A stretch of 64,000 nucleotides of DNA from Callorhinchus milii. Lineage: Eukaryota. The position numbers and the translations under genes were made by a program. Below the pieces are notes generated by a model. The model saw nothing but the letters and a program-made list of their open reading frames with translations. It was not told where the DNA came from and searched no databases. Of this stretch, positions 25,364 to 37,969 are shown one piece after another (position 1 is the stretch's first letter; each line of letters begins with the position of its first letter). The stretch covers positions 111,726,001 to 111,790,000 of the forward strand of contig NW_024704743.1 of the NCBI RefSeq assembly GCF_018977255.1, given 5' to 3'.

Positions 25364-28009
25364 AGAATCTCTCAGCTGCAGTTTACAGATAGTAAATAGC
25401 TTCCACTACTCCATGTTGACACATTGGTAGGGTACAATATCAAGGGAACTGTAGTGTGGCTGGTAACTGATATATGTACACAAATACACAAATAGCAGTG
25501 TTTGATTTACTGTATATACAGTGAACTGAATGTTTCTTCCTTCCTGCTCTAGTCTGTCCTTTTCCCTCCCCCACCCAAATAAAAAACAGCTTTTGTCTTT
25601 CTCATTTAGTATTCTTTAAAGTTCATGGTTTTCATTTATCCTGGGTTTTATCTTTTCTGTTGTGTTCTGTCTGCCTCTTCTTTCGCCCTCTGTGTTTCTG
25701 AATTAGCTGCATCTTCCCTTGAGGAAGCAAAGGGCCTCAGGCTAGCCTAGATGACCTGGAAGTCTCAGGAGATGCTTCAGAATGGGTAGAGATGGAGGTT
25801 CATATCATTGTAATCTTTCCATTTCTCTTCACAGAATGAGCCGAACCAAAGCTTTTTTGTTAGAAGAAAACAGACATTCCAGAATGAGTATCGCTTGACA
25901 CAAAAATGTATCAATTTCAATTATTGTCAGATGGATTCACAGTCACCTTTTCATGTTGCGTCTAATAGTACTGTTATATCAAGTTTCTATTAACAATCTT
26001 GGCATAACGAAAGAGGATGGAGATGGATACCACAGACGTGGCGTTAAAATCTTCACATAACATTATGGTTGAAACTAATTTATTTTGCATGTGAACTATT
26101 AGGGCTAATTTTATTATCAAATCATCTCAGAACAGAAAGGTTTTTTTGGGGCAATATGATACTGACAAAATTGATGATATCCTTCTGTGCAGTGTAATGG
26201 ATGTAAGAGCTTGTAAATGCAGAAGATTGGGTTTGAGTGTTAGACGTGAATCCTTTATTGAGTGAATACTCAAAGTGAGAACCACATTGGGCCACTGATG
26301 CAGCAGAATTTTTCCAATTACCGCAGAACAATTCCTCCAGCGATAAGCTGCAGATCTCTTGCACTTGTCTCTTGACCCCGCAACCAAATCAAATCTTCTC
26401 CTGAATGGCTTTCTGATATCACAGGAACATATGAATAATAACCTAATAATAAATGAACCTCGCATTCCACGTAGCACAGAAACAAAGCAAAAACATTGAA
26501 ATGTTTCAATGCACTTAACAGGGAACTGCTGCCAAGATGCTGCAAGTGCAGCACATTTGTAGCAAGGTGTGGCAATCAGTTTGTGCTCAGCAATTTTCCT
26601 TCAACAAGCATTATGTGAATGAACAATTTTATCAGTAGCCAGAACACCAGAAGAAATTCCTTCCTCTTTTCAAACCGTACCATACCTTCAATAAGCTCCA
26701 GCTCACCCAGAATGCCACATCTTCTCCCACACTCGACTCCCTGTGCCCATTCTCCCCTTCCCAAACAGGCAGATCCATCAATTACAGCCCCATTCTCCAA
26801 TCAACTCTCTTTGTTCCACATCCTTGATCCTGCTCCACATTCCTTAGGCTCAACATTGACAAAATCCCTCCACCCATACCCTTGCTTCCTCTCTTCTAAA
26901 ACCCTGCTAAAAGCATACCTTGTTGACTGAGGCTTTGATCACCTACCCCTTGGACCCTTGCTCAGTGTCCTACACTATGCATGTAAAATATTCTAGGTTC
27001 TTCAACATGAAAGGTACTTTATAAGTGAAAGTTATCTCTCTCAAATCCCCTCAGTCAATGTTTTCTCCAGAAATTTTATTCCCATCATTACCCTGGATAG
27101 TCCATTCCATACACTACTGTGTACAACAACAACAAATAACAATTGTATAGCGCATCCCAGGGAGTCTCAGGGTGTAAACAGTTCATCTAAGCTGTCTGGT
27201 TACCTCCCGTCTTCTGAGCTTGAGTTTGTGACACCTTGTTGCATCTTTTTAGAGACTATGTTGAGCATATTTTAACCTTGAATGAAATCCGTACTCAATC
27301 TACTCTCCAGTGTGATATTACCAACTTTTATGATCCCACATGTACTCGTGAAGATGATCATTAAGCAGACAGCAGCCATTGCTTAGGCTTTCATGAAATC
27401 TGTGTTAAATGTTACCAGCCTCCTGGCTGTAACTGGCTTCATAAAAAGGACCACTTCCCATCCACTTCCCATCAGACCTGCAGGATTTTTTTCACCACTC
27501 TCCACTATTTCACAATCACCAATGCTTACAAAACTCCTCATCGTTAGAGGCCAAATCCTTAATTTCCTGCTTCTTTAAGTGCTAAATCACGATTGCTGGA
27601 GCTGCACACTTAATGCTTGTTACAGCCTATTGTCCAGCAGAAACTTCAAATGCTGTGAATCAGAATTTTCATTTTTTTTCTGAGCACTGAGTGAATGCTT
27701 TGTCCTCTGCCTGCTCTCCCATGTTCTTTCCATCCTCATCTCCACTCCAAATGTTTTAAGTCAGGCACTTCCTGATGTCCAAAATCTACAACGTCTGTTT
27801 AGTACCTCCACTTCTGCCTCACCTACAATACTAAGACAGTACTGATCAAAATCAGAAACAACGTCCTCTCTGTCTACAACCAGGACTCCTCGTAAAAGAA
27901 CCCTCTTATAGAAGCCCTCCCCCCACCCGCACACACGAATGAGCATGGATTCACTTAGAGCACAGGTCTGCCCAAGCATCCATCTTCCAGTACTAAAGAG
28001 ATTGCCTAA

Positions 28010-28150
28010 TCATAGAATCATACAGCACAGGAGGAGGCCATTTGGCTCATTGTGTCTCTGCCGGCTCTTTGAAAAGAGCTATCCAAATCAATCCCACTCC
28101 CCCGCACTCCCCCCTTAGCCCTGCAAACTTGTCCTCCCCAAATAATTATC
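28010..28150 (-). mobile_element. CR1-group LINE 3' end
   Basis: catagaatcatacagcacaggaggaggccatttggctcat... resembles a CR1-type 3' terminus. A related copy is at about 5670-5770. Confidence 0.6.
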
Positions 28151-28898
28151 TAATAACAGAATTATATGGAATATTTTACAAAAAAACCCAATGACAGCTA
28201 TATTGCTGGCAGCTAAGTGTAAACATACACTTGATTCTTCAATGATACAGTCTCTGTTTCAGACTCTATTTGATAGAAAACAATGTGTAAAGATTTTTAA
28301 GTAGCAGATAATGCAATATGAACAAAATGATTTAAGGCACCAAAGATTTAAGGCACCATTGAAGAGAACAGTCAGTGTCAGACCATAAACAATTATTTCA
28401 GGAGGAAATTTTATAATATTATTTTATAATATTATTGTGTTTTTGTTATTTTAACAACTAGTGGTAACTTTTAAGCAAATTTCTATTGAAACAATGTTTC
28501 CATCAATGTCTTGAATCTAAAGTTAGGAACGAAAGGTTGAAAGCCAAGCAAACCAGAACTCTTCCCATTGCTGATGCTCCAGAAAAACACAGAATTGTAA
28601 ACATATTGTATTGCTTTTTATGAGCGTCCATAAAACAACATTTGCAAGGTAAAATAAAAAATAATAAATGAGACGATAAAATAAAAACTTGAGTAAGCAG
28701 AATGCTCTTGGAAAAACAAAGAATGAATTTTAAACTTAAAAGCTGCAAGTTAGAAGCACATCAAAGCATTGTCAAAACTAGTACATTTTTAGTTTCTGTA
28801 TGCTTTCAGCTTTACTGCATTGAACTACTACTCTCTGAGGTCACCCAACTCCGATGGGTGAGCTGCAAAGCTTCCATATCCCATACTTATCAAAAATT

Positions 28899-29228
28899 AT
28901 AATAATACTTGCATTTGATATAGCGCCTTATCACGTCTTCGAGACGTCTCAAAGCGCTTCACAGAATATACTGTAAATTGATTGTATCATTTGTGGGATA
29001 AATACGGCAGCCAATTTCCACAGCAGTGTCCCACAAACAGTGACCAAATTATTATTTTTTTTGAATGGATTATTAACCCTGGAAAAGCAATCTGCCAATC
29101 GACTAACAATCAGGGTCCTACTTACTGCTGGGCAAACAGAGGCATGTGGGGAAGGAAACTTGCTCAGGAATCAAATCCAGGTCCTCTCACTTGTGAGGTG
29201 AGTGTTCTAACCACTAAGCTACAGCACT
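28899..29228 (-). mobile_element. tRNA-derived SINE (tail variant gagacgtctcgaagacgtgataag)
   Basis: Head tgctgtagcttagtggttagaac... on -, with family body and (att)n tail. Confidence 0.85.
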
Positions 29229-30606
29229 AGAGTAGTCTAAGAGTAACAAGGTACATTTTTTTCCAGTGCACCCACTGATAGAAAATTTGAGTATAGTAGA
29301 ATGCATAACCTGTTTTTGAGATCTTTGGATTTCAAATCCTAAAATTACTAAATGTGTGAAGAACTGACTTAATTACTTGACTAGGAATGAGTGCCCAATC
29401 TATTACAGTACAAGTCTTGTTGAGGTCTTTGTATAAAAGCCTTTTGTTCCAATGTGAAGTGCTGGTCAAAATGCACAGATAATTTTTAAATCTATGAGTT
29501 GTTAGACTGCAAAGAGTATATTTTTGTTGGAAGTGCGCACTTATAGCAGAACATTCCTTGAAACTAATGGACAAACAGACATTGTTTTGTGTCTATCGGA
29601 GGTGCTACTTAAGGGGTTGTGTGTGTAGAGATGATTGGCTGAGATACCATAAGAATTGATAGAGAATCAATTCTATTCAAAGTTAAGCTGTCAAAGGGAC
29701 ATCTGGACAAGCTCAGGCACATACTCTTTGTAACTGTGTAAATAAATGACCGAGTATGTGCCAGTGAGAAGTGATTGATATCCTATAACATAACTGAAAT
29801 ATAGGGCTGAGATTTTGCTTGCTGCTAAGTGTAGGTACCTTGATGAGGTGATCTCATTGCTGATCAAATCCCTTTAATTAGGATGTGTGCTTAAATGTGC
29901 ATATTGTCAAAGTTGCTACACTTAATGGCAAATGGAATATCTTGCCCTCATTTCTAGCCAGTGAGTGGTTGATTCAATAACTCAGAAACAGCTAAGCTCA
30001 GGATAACGAATGAGATACAAACCCCATCCTGGGGGCCTTCATTATATGTTCTGTTTACACCATACATTAAAGTTTAATTAGTTAAAGGAAGAAAAGATTT
30101 TTAATGGTAAATCCCTTTGCACCTTTCCCCCCATGCACCTGGAGGTAGTGTGATTTCTAAACCATCTATTGCATTGATTGCAATCATTCTGCTTTAAATA
30201 TTTCTACTTCTGTGTCTTTACTGTTGAAAGTGGAGCAATGTAGAAATTTGACTCAAACTTCCCGCTTCACATACCATTGATTCAGAGCTGTTAAAATCTC
30301 TTCCATTTCAAAGTACTCAAAGTACTGCCTATCAAAGCTCTCATTAACATTAAAACAAATCCATTGATCTTTTGATCCAAAGATCCATCGATCAATGGAT
30401 GTCCGAGAATATTCAATGCACCACACATGAGTAAATCCCACTAGTCTTCAGAGCATCTTCTGCAGATAGTTTCAGGAACAGAACTCCAACATGATGTGTG
30501 ATCTGATAGAGATGTGTGATAATAATAAAAGATAATAATCCTTGCATTTGATATAGCGCTTTTCACGTTCGGAGGATCTCTCAAAGCGCTTCACAGGATA
30601 TACTGT

Positions 30607-30970
30607 GGAGTTCTGGAGCTTAGTGTTTAGAGCACTTGCCTCGCAAACGAGAGGACCTGAGTTCGATTCCCGACAGGGCAAAATGTTGGACAAGTTTCCT
30701 TACTCCACACGCCTCTGTCTACCTAGCAGTAAGTAGGAATCCGGTTGTTAGTCGATTGGCGGATCGCTTTTCCAGGGTAATATTCCTTCAAAATGAATAA
30801 AAATAATTTGGTCACTCAATCCATGACTGTTTGGCAACTGGCTGCTGCATGTCGCCCACAAAATATACAGTCAATTCACTTTACAGTATATTCTGTGAAG
30901 CGCTTTGAGATGTCTCGAAGACATGATAAGATGCTATATCAAGTGCACGGATGATTATTATTGTTATTAT
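30607..30970 (+). mobile_element. Full-length tRNA-derived SINE, directly abutted by an inverted SINE tail (30519-30606, -)
   Basis: Head ggagttctggagcttagtgtttagagcacttgcctcgcaa...gttcgattccc; tail ...ctatatcaagtgcacggatgattatt. Confidence 0.9.
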
Positions 30971-32786
30971 TTCACAAGTTCATAATTTTACTGAAAATTT
31001 CAGGCATTTCACAAAATCCCTGGTTTCACAAATTTACTGTCACATATATATTTAGCTAAATTGGCAGAACCTGGTACGGGAGAGGACATGGGCTTCAGAA
31101 TTCTGGATTGTCTGAAGCTTGTGTAGTTAAGTTCCTAGTACACCTGGCAAATGCTACAACAAGCAAGAACACCACTCCCATCTCCCCCGCCCATTTAACA
31201 CAACATGGAACATATAACATAACATTCTTCTTTTACCTTGTCATACAGGATTACATATAATTTTATGTTACATTATTATATAAGTGTCGTTCCCCAAAAC
31301 AGGAGATTCATCACAATATTGATGTATTTGATTGAACTTAACCAGAGATTTATTCACAATAAAAGAACAACCGACCTTGCAGCTCTTTGTCCTATTCATC
31401 ATGTGTTGGTTACAGCTTCTGGACCTCCATTAGACAACATGCTCTGCTGTTCTCCCCTGCCCTAAGAAATCCACTATTAATTTGATTAGACCACCAGCTG
31501 AGCTAATCAATCCCTCACACCTCACTTTTAACCCATTCACTCCTTGCAGGCTATCACCCAATCACCCTCCGACAATAACATATATTTTATTATGTTCCAT
31601 CATATTGTCTTTCACGTATAATACATTTTATATTGCTGTGTGTCAATTGGCCATCACCTTTGCCTATAAAATAGTCACTGCACTTTACAGTAAAATCTGA
31701 AAAGCACTTTGAGATATCCTCCTGACATGTAAGTCGCTATATCAAATGCTTGGATTATTATTTATTATATGTTATATTACATTTTATTATTGTAATGGGC
31801 ACTAGGACCTCAAGGAAGGAAGGCTTGAGTGGTGGAGCCTGTGCTTCCTTAAGAAAGTGATGATACTGATTCTCCCTTGGTGCTAGGGCTAGGCTGAGGA
31901 GGATGGAGACCTTGGCCTGATCCAGGGCCAGGGAGCATGCGGCCTAGGCTACGTGGCTGGTCTGAGGTTGGTTAATGGTTAGAGCAGGGGAGATTGCAAA
32001 GGTTTGTAAGAGAGGTGGCAGCCACCTACTGCAAGCCCAGGTGCCTGCACCCCTCTATAGTTGTTGTGTTGCTCTATTTGTTGTCTCTCCTGAGATAAAA
32101 CCTGTGTTTTAGTGAGTCTGATTCTGCCTGGCTCGAAAGGGAGTCCACGCTATTCGATGTTATAGAGGCAGATGAAATAACATGCAGATAGACCGCTGCT
32201 GTTGCTCCCTTTGTCTTTCCTGGCTCTCCAGGTAAACCTCATTGGCCCTTTCAGATGCTGTAATCACAGAAACACAAGATTGGTTCAGATCAGATGAAGA
32301 AAGTCCTTCAGCCCATCGGATCGCATTCTTCTCCATTCACAAGTTGTTTTATAAATGAGTCCAGAGTCCTGGCCTCAGGAAAGTTCCCTTCCTGAAAACC
32401 TGTTCCAGTTGTTAAATTATCCTCTCGGTAAAGAAATACTTCCCTGTATTGGTCCTGAAATTATCCTTTGTAACTTTAAACCTGCCTCCTCTTGTTGCAT
32501 CCTAAAGTATTGTTCTGGATTTAGTCTTTCAATTTTTATTCCATTTAAAAATTTGGACACCTCTATAATGTACCCTCATAGACATCTCTCAAGAATGAAG
32601 AGCTCTGCCTTGTCTGATCATTGCTCATAGCCCATTCCTTTAACACTGTGGATTGTTCTCCTTGCTCTCCTCTGCCCTGCCTCTATGGCTTGGGCAGCCC
32701 ACTTATGTTGCAGTGACCAGAACTGTAGGCAGTTTTACGTGTGTACCTAGATACTCTAGGTGCAATCTTATCAGAGCACTATATAC

Positions 32787-32975
32787 GATAATAATAATCC
32801 TTGCATTTGATATTGTGCTTTTCACATCTTCTAGACATCTCAAAGCGCTTCATAGAATATACTGTAAAGTGAATTGACTGTATATTTGTGGGCGAAACAC
32901 AGCAGCCAATTGCGCACAGCAGTGTCCCACAAACAGTTGTGGATTGAAAATGACCAATTTATTATTGTTTTTTAT
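32787..32975 (-). mobile_element. SINE 3' portion
   Basis: Matches the SINE family body and tail. Confidence 0.8.
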
Positions 32976-33379
32976 TGTTTCATATAGTTTATGCTGACAC
33001 TCCAATGTAGTTGTGTGGTGTACTACGTTATCAGAGGTGCTATTCTTCAGATAAGATGTTAATCCAATGCCTCCTCTCCCTGTCCAAGTGGACGTTAAAG
33101 ATCCCATGGCACCATTTAAAATAAAATAAGAGTTTATCCCAGTGTCTTAGCTAACAATCCCTCAAATAAAATTGTTCATTCACTCCATGGCTGTTTGTAG
33201 AACATAGCTGTGTGAAAATTGATAGCAATATTCATCCAGAAAATTCACCACACATCACACTATAGTAAATCCTGTGAAGCGCTTTGAGACATTGCAAAAG
33301 CATGATAAGACGCTATATCAAATGCAAACTTTATAAGATGATTGTTATTATTTACTTGTGTTTCCTAATCTTGGTTCCT

Positions 33380-33631
33380 ACATGTTATACCTTGCATTTA
33401 TCTGTATGAAATTTCATTTGCCAGTCATCAGCCCACGTGCACATCCTATCAAACTCTGTTTGTAGGATCTTTGCTGACTCCACACTCGGTGTCATCTGCA
33501 AATTTATCAACCTTACACCGTGTCTGCGAATCCAGGCCATTATTATGTACAATGAACAGCAGGTGTCCTAGTTCAGACCCCCAAGGCACACTCCTTAATA
33601 CCTTACTACAGTTGACCGTGCAAGCGAGCAA
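33380..33631 (-). mobile_element. CR1 LINE reverse transcriptase remnant
   Basis: VLRSVPWGSELGHLLFIVHNNGLD...KFADDT matches the RT motifs GVPQGSVLGPLLF and FADD. Confidence 0.8.
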
Positions 33632-36600
33632 TAAAAATTGAAAGCAGTAGCTATCCTAAATAGATTGCTTTCAAATCAGATTTCTTGGTCAACCTGAAGT
33701 ATGATGTTTATTCACATGCAGAGTGTTAAAAGGAACACCTTAGGACATCGATAGTCTTACAGGAAACTCACTATGGAATCAGGTCCTCGTGACATAAAAG
33801 GTACAGGAAATGAGCTGAGGTGATGCCAAGATAATCTCAGATTTAGCAGAAGACTTGTGAGTTGGTGTAAGGTATAAGGATTTATTGCAGAACATGCAGT
33901 TTATGCTGTGAGGAGCTTCTTACTGCTAGTAACTACTAGACCCCCGTAATGGTACCAATTTCCTGAGGAGCACTTTATCAATCCCATAAACTGGCCAATG
34001 ATCAGTAGTGTATGTAGTCTGAGTTGAAAACGATTGGGTGAGAGATATCATTCAAGAAACAGGAATGTCTGGTTAACAGGGAGGAGTTGAAATGTAAACC
34101 AACCATCCCTCAGCACTATTTAATACATAGATTCTACTATAAAGGCTGCACTATTTAAAGGCTTCGTTAATTGTGTTACTGCAAACATTATGGCAGATTC
34201 CAGTTTTTCTCCATGTTGTGATATGTTGTTGCTATCAGTAACACTACTCTAAATTATTGCATATCGCTGATATTCATTCTCTGTGGCATGAAGACAACAC
34301 AGAGGTTAAGTGAGTAAAGCTGGAAAGAATTGTTCTTCATCCACATATAGTTATTATGCCCATTTTTGTTATAAAAAGATTTTACACATCATCAATGCTT
34401 AGCAGAAATACGAATTCATCTGCCAGCAGTTTCTCTTGCAGATTCTCTGCCAATGTTTCTCCTCTGGTCTTCCTCTCCAGAAGGTGTTTTTACAGCTTTT
34501 CTTTTACTGTTGATGTATTGCCCAAGTGACCACTCATCATACATAATTCTTATCATCATGGAACTTTGCAGCCAAATCCAAACTGCCCTCTTTTGCTGCC
34601 CACACACATTCCTTCTCGTAGGGTAGGTTTCAGAATAGCTTTAAAAAGTAGCTGATCACTAGCTCACTAACTTAACAGATATCAAAGCCATTGATGCGCT
34701 CTGAGCTATTGCTCCAGCTGACATCAGCCAACTCTGTGTAAAACAGGATTCAAAGTTGTGTACTTCTGGTCTGTCTGGCATAGTGCTGCATTGAAAATGC
34801 TTTTACCCACTAGCCTGACAGGGAACTGTTGCCAAAGTTCAAACTGAGCTATACTGATTAACTGAGCTATACCGATCAAACTGAGCTAGTGACTATCCTC
34901 CTTGGAGGAAGGTAAGCTGAACTGGCTCCAAGGTGTAGGTGGGATGCAGGAAGTGCTCAGTTTGGTTTGGAGACTCTTAGCATGGTGATGGCTTTACGCC
35001 TGTGTCAGACACCTGGCTGACCCCCCAAAAATGATCAAACTGAGCTATTCTGATCCAAAATACTGACCTCAGTCTTGCACTGAGCTGGCTGATCTAAATC
35101 AGGGTAACAGTAGGGCCACTACAATTGATACTCCAGGGGCTAGAGATAGAAAAATCATCCACGTTACCTATGACTACCCAGTGAGTACTGCTGAAAAGTG
35201 TATGTATGGGTGTCAGGTGAAGATGAGATTGAGTTTGTGTCACCCCCTCAGCATTTTATTAACCTGCTGTCTCTCAGAGGCTCAGATCTGAAGAATGTCA
35301 GCTTGGACAAAAAAACTGAATGGCTTCTGGTGTTTGTGGTGTTAAAGTTAAAGTGAACTCCCTTCGTGAAACACATAACGGTTGATACTGTACTTTGACA
35401 ATGTTCCAAAATCATGTATAACAACAAATAAACGTGCCACTTGGGGCTTTCATAATTTTTTTTTTGCATGTGTGAAACGCAGTGTGAAACGCAGCAAGGA
35501 AAAGAAAAAGTTTGACTGAGCAGTCTCAATTAGCTTTATGTGTATCAACTTACAAAACTGAGGGTAGGCTGACTTTAACCTTCAATTTCATCTTTCACCT
35601 GATCTTCAATTTAACAAGTATTAGTTACATTTTCAATGAAGTAACAAATAAAATTCAGCCAAGGTTGGGAGAAAACTTAAGTAAACAATACAAAGTAACA
35701 TTTCTTTGGAATTTAAATGTTACGATAAATAATCCTTGCATTTGATATAGTGCCTTCATAGGATTTACTGAAAAGTGTAGCCATTGTATTTTTTTTAAAC
35801 ATTGTAGGTGAAATGGCCTGTGGCGAAGATAATAATACTTGTATTTGTTATAGAGCCTTATCACTCTGTCAAGATGTTTCAAAGCGCTTCCCAGGATTTA
35901 CTGCAAACTGAAAGGATTACACATTTTTAATAAAGCAAAGTCCTACAAATAGTCATGAATTGAATGATCAATTTTATCTGGGAGAGAGTTGGCCAGGACA
36001 CCGGGAGAAACTCCTTTCTCTTTTTGAATAGTGCCATGTGGTAATAGTAATATTAAAGTTATGGACATGGTATAGAATAGGTTAATGAGGATGATAATTA
36101 GAGATGGAAGGATTTAGCTCTGAAAAAAGCTTAGGATACTTTTGGTTGGAAACAGGAATGAGGGCAGTATGATCAAGGTGATTTAAAATTATGAAGCGGT
36201 TTTAGAGAATTATGATAGCGAATTTAAGAAACACAAAAATCATGGCAGCAAATGTGCTGATCGTGGACAGACACTGGTGGCATTTGCAAGACAATAACTC
36301 AAAAAAGAAATGCAAAGTGGCAATCTGTGTTTGAATCAGAAATGATGGTTGAAAAGGTGAGTGAATGACATAATTTCCTTGTAACAGCAATAAAAATCTA
36401 GCAACATATAAAGAGAGCTCCATGTATGTCTCCCCAGTTTACAAAACATCACCTCCTACCTGAGTTTGGTTCTGAGATGGCATCAAGGTTTTCCCCCAGA
36501 AAACAGAGTTTACATCAGTGTCTTTCCAGTGATTACATTTGAGTGCTTTTTCAACTTCATGTGAGCAATTGTGTCCCTTATTTCCTACCCCATAACCCTG

Positions 36601-37969
36601 TGTCTTGAACTATATTTTGTATCTCATAATCTACTTAAGTGCTTGACTTGATTGAACAAAACATTACCACTTACCTATTGTTTTTGTGGGTTTCCTTTTA
36701 TTTTCATTACCTTAAAGATCGATGTCAAAAGTATTTACCCATAATTACTGCATGACTCACTTAAAGAGTGCTGTAAAATTCCTGTGTGTACTTTTATGTT
36801 TGTGATTTTGTTGCTGGAACATTAGCGTGCAAAGAAAACTCACAATGTAACTGCAACAGGAGTTTTTGACTTTTCTTAATCCCCATCCTGTACCCAAACT
36901 GTCCTGATCAGTTATTGTTTTTGTGTATTTTTCTATGTTTTCAGTGGGGCACCATGACTTAGCAGAATGTTCTCTGCGAAAAACAGGTACGTGCAGTAGG
37001 TTATCAGAAATCTCCAAGACATAAAATCCCCAAAGACGCAGTTTGATTCTGTCTGATGGCCCATTTAGATTTATCATTTCTGCTCTGTAATCCGTAAACT
37101 AATGGTGAAGTGCACAATTACCTTTTTTCCCATGCTTGTGAGGTGGAGGTGATATGAGTTAGGAGGTGATTTATGTTAGGATTTACAAAATATACACCAA
37201 GAAACCTTTGCGACTTAGCTGTTTATCCGATTTGTAAAATACAACAAGTGCAAAGAAATCTAAGAGGTTTTGGTCGCAAAATGAATGGGACTTGGGTGTA
37301 TTTACGACTTAGGTGATTATATGATTTATAACAAGACAACTTATATGAGTTGACTTGTATTATGTGTTTCATCCTTTACTTAAATATTGTATTTGTACTA
37401 TATACTGCATTTTCAAATTAAGTGCAGCTATTCAATAACTAAGATATTAACAAAAAAGGGGGTCATGTTCTTTGGGGGCAGCTGGACATCTGACACATGT
37501 GGAAACTAATCAACATGCTTAGGAGGATCTAAACCAGACGGGGAATTTCACATATACATGCCACCTACACATGGAAATTTCTCTGCGTCTGGAATGGAAT
37601 GCGCACTCTCTCTCCCTGGAGGAAGCATCCTACATTTTTCATTCCAGAGAGTAGTTGTTAGGTTCATAGGTCATTTGGGTCACATATTAAAAACTGAAGA
37701 AACCTTGAGATAGTGATTGCAAAGCTTCACTAGCCTCCTACCTATATATCTGTCACAATGCTACCATTTAACATTTTGACAGAAATTTGTAAAGCTTCTC
37801 TAGATCCTATCCTCTGCGGAAGGGATGACATAAAATTACAACAGCTATGAGAAAAACAAATGCATGTTTATCTATCACATGACTTGTAAAAATTCCCAAC
37901 AGCTTCAAGATCTTTTATGCGTGAGCCCAGATATCTCTACCATCTATATGCAGATTACAAGACACTGAC

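Noticed and set aside
30253..30441. 62-aa minus ORF with a possible donor (gtatgt)
   Set aside because: No ATG start, an in-frame stop just upstream, no recognisable family and no partner exons
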